Source of the DNA: a virus
DNA length: 64,000 nt
Virus record (IMG/VR): IMGVR_UViG_3300034272_001701
Coordinates: 32,001 to 96,000 of that record
Strand: one strand, 5' to 3'
The notes under the pieces were generated by a model. The model made no database searches, had not been told where the DNA came from, and saw nothing but the letters and a program-made list of their open reading frames with translations. Made by a program: the position numbers and the translations under genes. Below, one piece after another: positions 47,901 to 58,900 of the stretch (the first letter of the stretch is position 1; the number at the start of each line of letters is the position of its first letter).

Positions 47901-48079
47901 ATTCTGTTAATTACGTAGCTTGCGTTTGCGTTTCCGGTATTTGGCCAAACGGCATATTGTCTTAAAAAACTATTCCATCTGCGATCATCCCTCGCATATA
48001 ACACTGCCGGACTTTGGACAGGATTTCCGCTGGGGCCAGAAATTCCAAATATGTTTACTATGGGTTGTCTATCTGCCAT
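44936..48079 (-). CDS. Glycine-rich tail fibre/adhesin with two PA14-like beta domains and a C-terminal KIICT domain
   Basis: Poly-Gly segments; duplicated WN.FL..Y.VW...Y(T/S)GTY.IR....G...Y.....L..G..QIR.....GF....D......WDTR module; GGGGGGGCKIICTK and a hydrophobic C-terminus. Confidence 0.7.
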   Translation of the reverse strand: MADRQPIVNIFGISGPSGNPVQSPAVLYARDDRRWNSFLRQYAVWPNTGNANASYVINRIFNAPYTGTYYIRSSVDNSGSVYFNDLKVNGTTQTVERHHWWWWGGWYGYGGWYGYGGYWGWGGYRTTDWATVPAAYPITLAQGINQIRIEVSNSGDVAGFGMTIADTNGSIVWDTRSTAVVSEYTQTCGRYTLTSPIDADVVAYLWGGGGGGGGMDAGSRGGDGAPGQFHKVNFPVEIGDVIEVVVGDGGRAGGSNSGGAPGGLGGASRINLSGFGSFSGANGSAAGPRPYSGGGGGGGGASLVLVNGVPVAVAGGGGGGGGAGNDGNSAGVIAIRNALTAYPDSAQLYSGAKAVEVSGTLEPMNGQRGQGKNGDGGGAGGGGGGWAGGSGGTVRGGDSSSYGGQTGGNYPFNQIFKHTAGNISFVVPSSVTSIQLLSAVAGGGGGGSGNVTQGAGGGGEGARAKNLNFTVVPGRLYEISVGEGGIGGNTLAGLYSGQGTITNANLVLNAGQDGSITSIRDTVTNTYLLKLGGGKGGSLTSGGIGGTVITNSSNPGSGSVSNGGNGLSTTTAVGASGAGPAPGQRSGADALTETNQGSDFGCGSAGAGSDKVSIFAVNPNDQTQPQVISKGFGGRGASGAILIRWEDDQRLGEDGELISVSNTSWNQFLNTYGVWRKDNATQATVLRGLDAAYSGTYKIRAVATGTLVVYIDDVQILTTTNTGGSNATTASADITLSRGVHQIRFDINSTDSSKGFAVSLSDSTDKLYWDTRDNIGTNPPGQNVRYYVPPYARGGTAGQEGSNGAVALEIYPRGLCNVKVDGQWRNITTAAVKVSGTWRDIAGIFVKVNGVWQPSSSAGDLTTLIFNQQFGNYGTDDRAGLPAGPGGGGGGGCKIICTKLHELGYLPDHIYAADELFGEYLRENDPEAYYGYIRWASVVVDWMEKDGPQCMFWIRDKEKRGQAQRELAISWARRIATPWAQHMAYKMGVEKEDSRAGRAIMKTGLAISRLIGKFSKADKPTKSVITGYAMWAAFGLFYVLAGLKDKK

Positions 48080-48081
48080 AA

Positions 48082-49209
48082 TTAGCTATACTTAAACCAA
48101 AAATCTCCGTTGGAGCCAAGTGCCGCATTTGGATCATCAGTGCTTATAAATTTTCTGCTGCCATCCCAAAATACTGCTCTGGTCATTACATATTGAGTTG
48201 TAGCCACTTGGGAGGTATTAGCACCAAATGTGGCAGTTGGTGCCACAGGCGTACCTGTAAAGGTTGGGCTATTAATATCTGATTTGGTGTTAATATTAGC
48301 AACCAATGCTGTTGTTTGCGCTAAATTCACTGCGTCAATTTTGGTGTTAAGATTTGTAACACTAAGATTTGTTGAAGCTATACTTGCATTGATAGCTGTT
48401 ACATTACCTTGTAAAGCTACATTTACATCCTTGATATTTTTTGTTAGTCCATAGGTTCCTTCTGTGTCACCTATTAAACCTAATATTGTCTCAACATTTC
48501 CGCTAATAGCTACATAGGTATCTAAATTAATTTGATCGACTCTGTTGTTTGTTGCACGTATTGCTATTTGTGCATTAGCCGCTGTTAGATTTGCACGCAA
48601 CTGATTTTCTTCACTGATACGACTCGTCAGATTAGCATTTATAATAGCAACATTGGTAGACAATGCGCTGGTTGTATAAAATCTTGCGTTTTGAATTTCG
48701 CTGTCAAGATAAATTTTTGTAGGAATACCAAAATTACTTGTAGCGTTGGCTAAAACTGTTATTAATCCGCTACTGCCGTTTATGTTTAAAACATTTGTAC
48801 TTGTTCCATTGACATTTGCAAATAAACTGATGTTTCCATTATTAACTTGATTATTAATTGAAACATTGCCAGTAAGATCTTTTATTTGAAAATCATTGGG
48901 TCCTATAGTTAAATTGCCTGTTAGATCAACATTACCAACTATTTCTGTACCTACAGTAATCCAGGTGCTTCCATTGTATGCTTTAATATTATTAACATTG
49001 GTATCGTACCAAAGCTGTCCTTTGATTGGATTTGCAGGACTGCTATCTAAAGCAAAATTTTCTAATAGATGTACAAAATTTTCATTTGTTTGATCGCCGT
49101 AGTTTTGTACTAATCGCCCAAATAATGTTAAACTGGTGCTAGTGGTATCTTTGGTACCATCTAACACCACTATTGCTGTTCCGTCGGTCTTGTTTACAAA
49201 ATATGACAT
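48082..49209 (-). CDS. Tail fibre/baseplate-associated structural protein
   Basis: N-terminus paralogous to 42848..44497 (SLTL.G....YG...NENF.HLLENFA, GQLWYDT); coiled region; SPTFTGTP.APT...QVATT.YV fibre motif. Confidence 0.7.
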   Translation of the reverse strand: MSYFVNKTDGTAIVVLDGTKDTTSTSLTLFGRLVQNYGDQTNENFVHLLENFALDSSPANPIKGQLWYDTNVNNIKAYNGSTWITVGTEIVGNVDLTGNLTIGPNDFQIKDLTGNVSINNQVNNGNISLFANVNGTSTNVLNINGSSGLITVLANATSNFGIPTKIYLDSEIQNARFYTTSALSTNVAIINANLTSRISEENQLRANLTAANAQIAIRATNNRVDQINLDTYVAISGNVETILGLIGDTEGTYGLTKNIKDVNVALQGNVTAINASIASTNLSVTNLNTKIDAVNLAQTTALVANINTKSDINSPTFTGTPVAPTATFGANTSQVATTQYVMTRAVFWDGSRKFISTDDPNAALGSNGDFWFKYS

Positions 49210-49214
49210 AGTTA

Positions 49215-49892
49215 TTATCCTACACTAGTTAGATTGGTTAATGTTTGTATTCTAACTGTATAATCAATTTGAATTAATCTATTCAACGATTTCTGTACAG
49301 GATGAAATACAACGTGTGTTAACAGTTTCCCTGTTGTGGTCAATCCCGATGTGCCGTCGGTACTACGAGCTTTTAGACCAAGTTCGTCAAATGTATAAGT
49401 ATCGTCTAATGTAGTTGAGTTATCAAAGGCACTTTGACCAAGTGGTTCGCCATAATCCAATAGACAACTAATAACAAGGTCTGAATAGATACGTCCAGGT
49501 GTGTGTCTTACTTCAATTTTGTTTCTTGTGGGATCGGTGTTTAGAGCACTGGTGTTATCAACAATTTTTGCAAAAGTGGGATTATATAAATTACTGTTGC
49601 TGGTGTTAATGTTTGACGGCAAGTAGTTAATAACTCCTGTTGGGTCAATACTTGTACCGCCATTGCCAAAATGCATTTCGTAAATATAACTTTGCCCTTT
49701 GTTTGCTAGAGTGTACGCAATAGCTTCGCTTATATTTTCGTAATGGATAGCATTGCGCTTGTTTACGTAAATTTCGCCTGATTCAGGATCAAAGATTTTA
49801 ATGTGCCCTTGCACATGCACTCCGCCATTTTCATCTGGTTTTTGATTTGTATCTGTCAACATTTGTTCTAAATCATCCATATTTTTATCCAT
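49215..49892 (-). CDS. Structural/baseplate-associated protein
   Basis: Likely start ATG 49892, 5 nt after TAAATA; GHIKI.D, NAIH.EN, FGNGG, FDELGL and HPVQKSLNR.IQIDYT. Confidence 0.7.
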   Translation of the reverse strand: MDKNMDDLEQMLTDTNQKPDENGGVHVQGHIKIFDPESGEIYVNKRNAIHYENISEAIAYTLANKGQSYIYEMHFGNGGTSIDPTGVINYLPSNINTSNSNLYNPTFAKIVDNTSALNTDPTRNKIEVRHTPGRIYSDLVISCLLDYGEPLGQSAFDNSTTLDDTYTFDELGLKARSTDGTSGLTTTGKLLTHVVFHPVQKSLNRLIQIDYTVRIQTLTNLTSVG

Positions 49893-49915
49893 ATCTGTAT
49901 TTAGCTGTGGTTTTA

Positions 49916-52900
49916 TCATGGTGTATAACTCACTTCTTGTCTAATAAATTGTGCTGCTTCGGATGTGCTTCCTTCTAATCCTACTCCTGTTCCAAGCGGT
50001 ATCCATAAATTACTTTGCAGTATTGTATCGCTTGTTAGAACAACATTTCCGCTACTGTTTACTTCACCGAGTATTCTCATTGCTCTTACATTTGCTGCTG
50101 TTGTTTGCCATGTGCTAGATCCAGGGTTGAATATTGCAACAGTGTCGGATCCAATTGTAAGATTTCCGGACACAAATTGAACTGCAACTGTGTTTGATGA
50201 GCTAACTGTTTCTAATAGTTTTACATTTGCAGTATTGGAATTTTGCGTAATGTAGCTTCCAACATTGGCTGTAATTGGAGCTCCTAATTGAATTCTCCAA
50301 GTTACGTTTGCTGCAACATTAAATGAACCAGTTAATGTTGTAAATTTTGGAGCAGTGTTAGGTAAAACTTGAACAAGACTGCTGTCAACTACTTTTGTGC
50401 CTGTTGGGTGTAAATTGGCTGCGCCGGTACCATCAACACCTCTACGCAGTTGCGATAGTGTGTTTACAAAAACTTGTCTTACATTGCTGCTGCTAATATA
50501 AGCAGTTGAATTTGCGTAAACATTGGCCAATACCAAATAGGTATTACCACTGTGAGCAATCAAATGGTCTGGTGCAAATACTGTGTTTGGTGTCCATGGA
50601 TCGGCTGTTAAAATTTTAGCAGCATCATATTTTTGATAATAATGAATTAATTCGCCGTTAATAAAAACTTCGCCGGGAATACCTACTGCTGCACCAGGAT
50701 CGGGTAATAGAGATGCATCAGTTACATATACATCAGTATCTGTAATATTTAAATTGGCAGACAAGGTTGTTGTTGCATTGCCACTGATTCTGTAAAATTC
50801 AATATTGCCCCTCATTGGTTGGAACTCTCTGAATCCGTAGGTAGCAGTGTTTGACGCATTATTTGTAAACACTCTTAATTCTAATGCGTCAAACACACGC
50901 CCCGGAATCAATTCTTCTGGAGCATGACTACTGTATCCATCAACATATGCACCACCAACTATATTGATATCTTCGGGTCTAGTTCCCAATGCTGTATCTT
51001 TATAGAAACTGGCAATGTTTGAATCTAGTAAAGTATCAATAGTTAAATTTGTAATTTTAACATTTGCAGTGCCGCCTGCTATAATTTCAGATATTCTAGC
51101 CGATTGCGGAACACCGTTAATTGATATTGTATTGGCTGAAACTGTAAAGCCAGTGATACTGTGAATAATTTGTATAACGTTGGCACTAGGATAATCGTGC
51201 AGCACAAAAGCATTGGCCCTGGTATTTGCTTGGGTAATATAATCCCCAGCTTGCAAGCTTACATTACTATTTAAAGTTATAGTATATAATGTTTCAATTG
51301 GAGGACCAGCCAACATCATTTCACTGTGATCAATGCTTATAATTCTAAAGTCTGCATTGTTCTTAAATGGAAAATCATATTGTCCTTGAATTCTCAAAGT
51401 ATCATTAAGATCAAAACCTCCTTTAGCAAAATCAACTTGTTGAATATTTGCACTGGTAATTCTCATTCCTGTGTAATTGAATCCAATTACATTACTTGTA
51501 ATAGCATAACTGTTAGCAAGGAAATTTTTACCTTCAACTTTGTTTCCTGGGTATTCTGTACCAAACATTAATTGGCCAAAATCTTTTCCAGGTCTTCCTA
51601 CTTCAGCAAAATAGTATGATGTGATTCTATCAGCAGCCGAAAGCAATACATTACCATCGTTAATTTTAGTATAACGTGAAAAATCAAAAACAGATTGACT
51701 GCTAACATTTGCATTAGTAGCAATGTACGCTACATTATTATAATAAATTATATTACCACTAGTAATATACACATTGCTTTCAATTGGCACTATACCAACA
51801 GAATTAAAAATATAATTCTGAACAGAGTTTGTACTAGAATCGCTGACATACATACCAGTGCCGTCATATTTAAAATATAAACCTGTTGCTGTACTGGTAT
51901 TCAAACGATAGCTGTTAGAAAAAGTTGCAGTAGAAATATCCCAATTGGTTGATAACGTATACTCAAACAAAGTATCGTTTTGTTGTCCCACTATATAAAA
52001 TTTTGTACCATCAGGTTTGAATCTTAGTGCAGTTGGGAAATTATCCTGTGCAGTAACGGAGATGTTTTTTCCTGCATAACTAGCAGTTTCTACTTGCCAA
52101 GGAGTAGATAACGTATATTGGTATACACGGTCATTTAGTGTACCAAGTACGTACATGTTAATTCCGTCTTTACTGAATTCTATTGCACGAGGACTAGATT
52201 CTTGTGATGAAATACTTTTTGCAGAAACATTTGATGCGGTATTGACCATCCATGGTGTAGCCAATCTATATTCATATACATTATCGTTGGTTGTTCCAAC
52301 AATGTACATTTTGACACCATCGTCTCTAAAATATAAACCTTGCACATTTGTATCTTGTGCTGCAACACTAACAGCACCAACATTGGACGCTGTAGTTGCA
52401 TCCCATGCAGTACTTAATGTGTACTGGTAGATTCTATTAGAGTCATTACCTGCTATGTACATTTTGGTGCCAGTATCATCAAAGAATACTTCAGTGATAT
52501 CTGCATCTTGATCGCCCAAGCTATTATTGGTTTCATTGAACTCCATTCTATCAAGATTCCATGCATTGGCTTTGTTTCCGTCAACAATTATTGTTTGTCT
52601 GTAAGCAGTATTTGGTTGCCATTGAACAATATTACTTGAATAAGTAATTCTGTCAAATTTTAATGTTGTTGTAATATCTCTTACTGTGTTATAACTACCA
52701 TTGGTATTATATTCGTTATGCAGAATTGGATAAGCTGTTGCTCCCGATCCTACGCCATTTATAAAAACTGTAGGTGTTGAGGTATATCCTGACCCAGGAT
52801 TGATTACATAAATTCCAGTCAACTTGCCAGTGGCAGGATTGATTGTAGTTATGGCACTGGCACCATTGCCACCACCACCAATGATTTCAACATTAGGGGC

Positions 52901-55900
52901 AGTTGTATAATTAATACCCGCGTTTCCAATTATATAATCAGTTATCTTGTATTTGTAATTTTCAGCGTATGCAGAATAAATTGGTAAATTAAAATATTCT
53001 GCGTCCGTTGGTGAATTAATATCAGGAGATTTATAAATTGATTCTGTTGTATAATATCTACCAGGAACATCAAAATCTGTCCATGACCCTGTGGCGATAT
53101 CAATTTTACTATATAACGGGACATATTCTCTAACCGCAGTGCGATAGGGTTTGGCTTCGTTGATGTATTCGTTATAGAAGCTTTGATTGTCTCTGATATA
53201 GTTAGGAATTTGTTCCAGTGTTCTTAAATTATGGTACACATCAATGAAACTGGTTTTAAATATCCAATCTGGATTCTTTTGTTCTGAGAATATGTAATTG
53301 ACTATCGAGAAAAATGTCTTATTAAATTCTCCGGCTAAACTGTTAATTAATAGTTCTTGGTAAACGCTATCAAATATTTTACCAATTTCAATACCAGCTG
53401 TTGGATCAAAATCAATTATATCAAAAACAGTTGTATCAAATCCGGCTCCCCAGAGAGTTTTATATAGCCTATCACTTAAGGTCAAAGTAGCATTTTGAGC
53501 TGCAATAAGTGTTAGACTTAAATCAGACTCAACACGATATATCTGCCAATTGCCTGCTCCATCATCTAAAATTTGTATATATTGATCAGCGACCAAGTCA
53601 AATGTCTGAATGGCTCCATAATTAAAAACTACCTGACTGATATCTGTGCCTTCTACATATTCACTGCTATACCAATCTTTTGGAGTCCACCACAAATCTG
53701 TTTTATAACTTTGAATTGCTTGTAAATCAAACTCTTTAGTTATACCGTTGAATCTATAATATGTCCAACGGCCGCTATATCTAGAATCAATCGGAATTAA
53801 AATTGTGTATCCGTCTGCAAACGTATCCATATCAAGATACGATAATTCAGCAAACGATGCAACTTGATCATCAAAATTCACCGGCGGCGCTTCTTCGGAA
53901 TACAATTCCGAAGCATTGCTTATTAGTAATACCGGATATTGAACAAAAATTTCGTTTAGATTCTGAACGTAACTTTGTAAAGCAGAAATTCTATTTACAA
54001 AAATTCCTTGTCTTGGTCTAATTAGCAAGCCAAGTTGATTTTCTGCGTTTAACTTAGGGTCTGGTACTAGCTTCCCTGCTTCGTCGAATCCTCGATAACT
54101 TTCTTTAAGTTTATTAATTATTCTTGCTGGTAATACCTGACTAGGATTACCTTGTTGAATCAATTGATATTCGTTGTGTATAATGTTAGAATTATTGATA
54201 TCACAAGTTTCTATGTGCAACACTATATCTTTACTGGTTAAAAGATTTGACACATTATACAAAGCAGCACTATTTGTAGCAATTGCAGCAATATAAGGAA
54301 TATTTTGATCTTTTGGATTACTGATATAACTCTCCAAGGAAGATACACTCAGAGTTCTTTTGGCTTTGATTGAATCAACTGAAGTTTTTCCCCCAACCCA
54401 ATAGTAGTATTTCTGTGAAATTATACCAGTTGCTGGGTCGACGATATTTACGCTTGTGTAGGCAGAATTATCGGGATATTTTGGTGTGCCGTTGCCACCA
54501 TTGGCTGTATACTGACTAGGTAAGAAATTACTTTCGACCCATTCATAAATTTTAACTTGACTGCCCGGGAATAAATTCCCCCAGTTTTTGACCCTGTACT
54601 GCAGAGGACCTTGTTCGTATTCAATGAAACTTGCCCGACTGGTATCCCACCAGGTTCTTCCTACGTGTCTATTACTCCAATAGAAAGTGGTGTTTAATAT
54701 ACCGTCGCTTCTGGAAACTGTATTATATGATGCAGGATCGTATTCTTCTTTATAATCTAGTTCCTGATCAACAATTCCTAATATTTTTCCTTTTGCAGGA
54801 TCGTATGTATCAAAGAAATTAATAATTGTTTGATTTTTCTTGTTATAAATGAACGCAGAATTCAATGATTTTGGATCAACTTGACTATCTTTGTATCTTA
54901 TTAATTCCCATCCTGCTTTATTGTTTTGATTATAGTAAGTGTAGATGCTGCCGCCACCAGGTACAATGCTAAAATCATTACTTACGCCCACTGCCATGGT
55001 GCCGTCGACAAGACTTACACTTGAACCAAAATTGAATCCTGTTTCTAAATCAGGTCCAACTAATTTTTGTGTAAAGGCAAACGTTGAAGGATTATCGACT
55101 GACTCAAAAGGATTTTCAAGTAAGTCATACATGTAAACAGCACCTGAATCTTTTACTCTGTCTACAAACAAAGTGCTATTACTATCAAATGTAGTTAAAG
55201 ATACCAATTGGTCAAACGATATAGGAATATCAATATCGGCACCTTCACTGCCTACGCCAATGACTCCGTACGACTGAGATAACCCCAAAGAAGTTCCAAA
55301 TCTTTCGCCAATATTATTAGGATGTTTAATTGTTTGAGTTTTTTTGTAAATCTGTATTCCAAGATCACTAAAGGCAGTTCCCACGCTTCCGGGCTTAATA
55401 TCAAGCTTGTCATTTGCCACAACTACATCGCTGTTTATTCTCAGTTTGTTTTGATAAATTTCGGCACTGACACCTGGGATATTTGCATTATTAATTGAAT
55501 TTACTACACTTGTCAATGTAGTGCCTGAAAACTGAATGTTTCTATCATTGATAACTAAAGTGTGACCGGCTGTGACTGTTGGGTTGCTGACACTGCCTGT
55601 TATCTGTCCGTAGACTCGACCTACGTTTACATATCGTGTGATCAATCCTGTTGCATAGTTAACTTCGGCATAATAAGGACTGCTAATATATAAATTACAT
55701 CCTGTGCCACATAGGGCCAAAATACTTCCAAATTTTTGCCCAGTGATACCAATATCAGAAGCATTTAATGTTTGATTTAAGATAAATTGATTGGTTTCAA
55801 CTCGTACTCTTTGTCCTGCAGTGGGCGTAGAGAATCCCGGAAACTGTACAACATTTAAAGTGCCGCCAGGTCTATACCAATCGGTGCCTTCTCTTAACAC

Positions 55901-58900
55901 ATTGTTATTGAACAATACTCTATAGACATCGTTAAAATTGTCCGGAGCGGTAAAGGTACCCGAAAATCCATCAGTTGTGAATTCTGTTATAGTCCTATGA
56001 TAAACATAAACTATTCCCTCGTTCGCCACACCATTCAATGATTTTGTGTTTGCGCCTATTGCGATTGTGGAACTATCTCTATTGGTGGAAATTGCACATC
56101 CAAAATTTGTTTCCGACTCTCCAGTTATTGTCTCTATTAATTTGTAGTAAGATGATCTTCTCAGTACATCAAATCTTTCAAAATTAGTAGGAGCTGTTCC
56201 AAAAGTTAAATTTGTCACCGATCCTTTGCTAGACACTGTTATGGTAATATTGTTTGCCGGTGATGCACCGCCTAGACTGGTTCCTGGAATAGTCAGGGTA
56301 TCTCCGTTGCTATATCCTGATCCGCCATTTATTCTTATTACTGAATAAACACCAGAATTGCTATTAATAACAGTGAATTTAGCTCCAGAACCTGAACCAC
56401 CAGTTGCACTGACATTGGTATATGTCAATGTTCCGCCGCCGGTAACTCCAGTGCCTGAGTGTGTAAAAGAAATAATGCCATTGGATGCTTGAGTAATAGT
56501 GTAATCAACTGTAGGAACATATTCGGCTGATCTTAGTACTGCAAACACTACAATGTCTGTTGGATCGTCTACAGTAGAAGACAAAGTAAATGCAGTGGCA
56601 GAACCATCACCTTCAAATGATTGTGTATCTTCTGCTCGGGTCTTCAATGCATAACAAAATACTTTATCGGCGCCCGGGGATCCTATATAAAGATAAACCC
56701 CATCTCTACTCATTGCCAACGATTCACCAAATTTGTAGTTTGCTGAACCAGATGGATCTGTTAATAATTGTACTAACACTCCATCCTTGTATACGTAAAC
56801 ATATCCTCTGTTCGTTGCACTGTCAGGTGCGCCTACAGCAAAATAACCTGTGCCGTTTGCCAATGACTTACCAAACCCGTCTAGATTATTACTATTACCG
56901 TACAAAAACGAACTAGGAGCCCAGGAATTAGTTCCAACTCTACCAAAAATAGCAGCTCTTCCTGTACCAGACTCTGGAGCTCCTGCATATAGGAAATTGG
57001 CATTGTTAGGATCTAAGCTGACAACTTTTCCAAAAAAATCGTTTCCTGATAATTTACTTGCATCTAATTCAATTTTTGTTGCAAAATTCCATGGATCAAT
57101 TTTGTTGTAAACACCCCAATTTTGATTTTCGTCAAGGTTATTCACCCATATTTTATCGTTTGGTATCCACCCGGCAGTGGGTCTAATAGAGTCTACATCT
57201 TTTAAATAATCAATTTTGCTTGATGTTAATTTAAACAATATTCCTATACCAGCAAATGCCTGTGTTTCTTGCATTTGCTGAAGATTTTGATACAGACGTA
57301 CATAAAATCTAGTACTGTCAATTATACTATCAACTTGATAGACGCCATCAAATTGCGGTTCAAAATTTTTGATTACCACAAGATCATTAACAGTTAAACC
57401 ATGATCTCTATCAAAAATAACTTCCACTAGATCGTCAATGTTATATCTAAGGCCAAAAATATACCCATTTACCAGACTGGCTCTATAGACATTCCAATTT
57501 TTATCAAAGTCTCGTGCTACCCAAATTTTGTATCCTATACCAATGTTATTAACAATAGTTGTTAAAGTTTCATAATCACTCAAGTCAAATATTGTTGCAT
57601 CGATATCATCTAGGTTTACAAATCCAGCAACCGGTAAAGGTTTAAAGGCATTCGGTTCTTCCATGCTGTTAACACGGAATATGTTTGCTTGATATTCTCC
57701 GGATGATTTAAATATGTTGTTAATATCAATTGCCAGTACGTCTGATTCTTCTTGTACTGTATTATCAATCAATTGAAAAGCTGTTGGATTACTACTAAAA
57801 TCAGATTCGTTTAATTCAAATTCAAAGAATTTATTAATATCAGTGGCGCCATACTCGCCAACACGAACAGCCCAGTTTTCGTAAAAATTAATATCAGTGT
57901 CTAAATTTCCAAAAGTGGCTCCTTGTAATGCATTAAGTGCATTTACTGTGCCTTTTTGTTTAATGAATCCTTGATAGAATTTACTCTGTGTAGTTGGATC
58001 TATACCTAAATTTGTAAAATATTCTCTGTTTCTGAATCCTATTAGTCCGTTACTAAACAGTTGTAAATCTTCGTTTATTGGCTGATTATCTATATCGTAG
58101 AAATTAATACCCTGTTGAGCATTGGTAGCAAAATTATTAATGACTCCAGATTTTAATTCAGAAGAAGGAATCAGTTGCCAATTATTTGTTTGGAACTGGT
58201 CTGATGCAATGACGTTTTGAATTGCAGTATAAAATCTAAATTTGTACTTAACAATAGAACCTTTCAAATAATCTTTTCCAGACTCCCATTCGTCAATGAC
58301 GTCGCTACTGTAAATAAAGCCTGGTAATTCTAAATTACCATTCCAGGTTAAAGTTTTTGCTCCAACTAGTTTTAATCGATACTGTCTATTACCTAATTCA
58401 GGAACATAAATGATGTCGTTAAAAACAGTAATATTGTCTAGTATTAGTAAATGTTCATATTGAACTAGGTCTAGTTCTGCAAACCCAACAGTTTGATCAG
58501 CGTTAGAGATAAAAGTGAATACATTATTATCTCGACTGATAGTAAAATTATTTTTTATAATTGGTTTAAAATTAATATCTAACACTCTGCTCGAGTACGG
58601 AGTGTTCTTTATTTCGTCAACAACAGATGCACTGTCAAACACCTTTAACTTAGTCGACACTGGACTTAATACAATAATACTATTGGTTTTCCATCCTTGC
58701 CCGGCCCAATGCAAAAATTCTTTGGCACTAAGAACCCAATCTTTTTGCTCTTGTAGATCGTCTTCTCTATCAATAAAAATAAAACCTTGTGCTAATAGAT
58801 ATCTTTGATAGCTGACTAGAAAATCAACTACCTGTTGTTTGGTATTAAATTCAAATCCATAAGGCACAGTGTATTTTGCTTTTTTAAAGTCTTTATAAAC

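Noticed and set aside
42848-49209. Canonical N-x-S/T sequon enrichment in tail proteins
   Set aside because: Hand counts (about 12/46 and 14/51 Asn) are near or only slightly above what the high Ser/Thr content predicts. The [AGS]-N-[VILT] pattern is the stronger signal.
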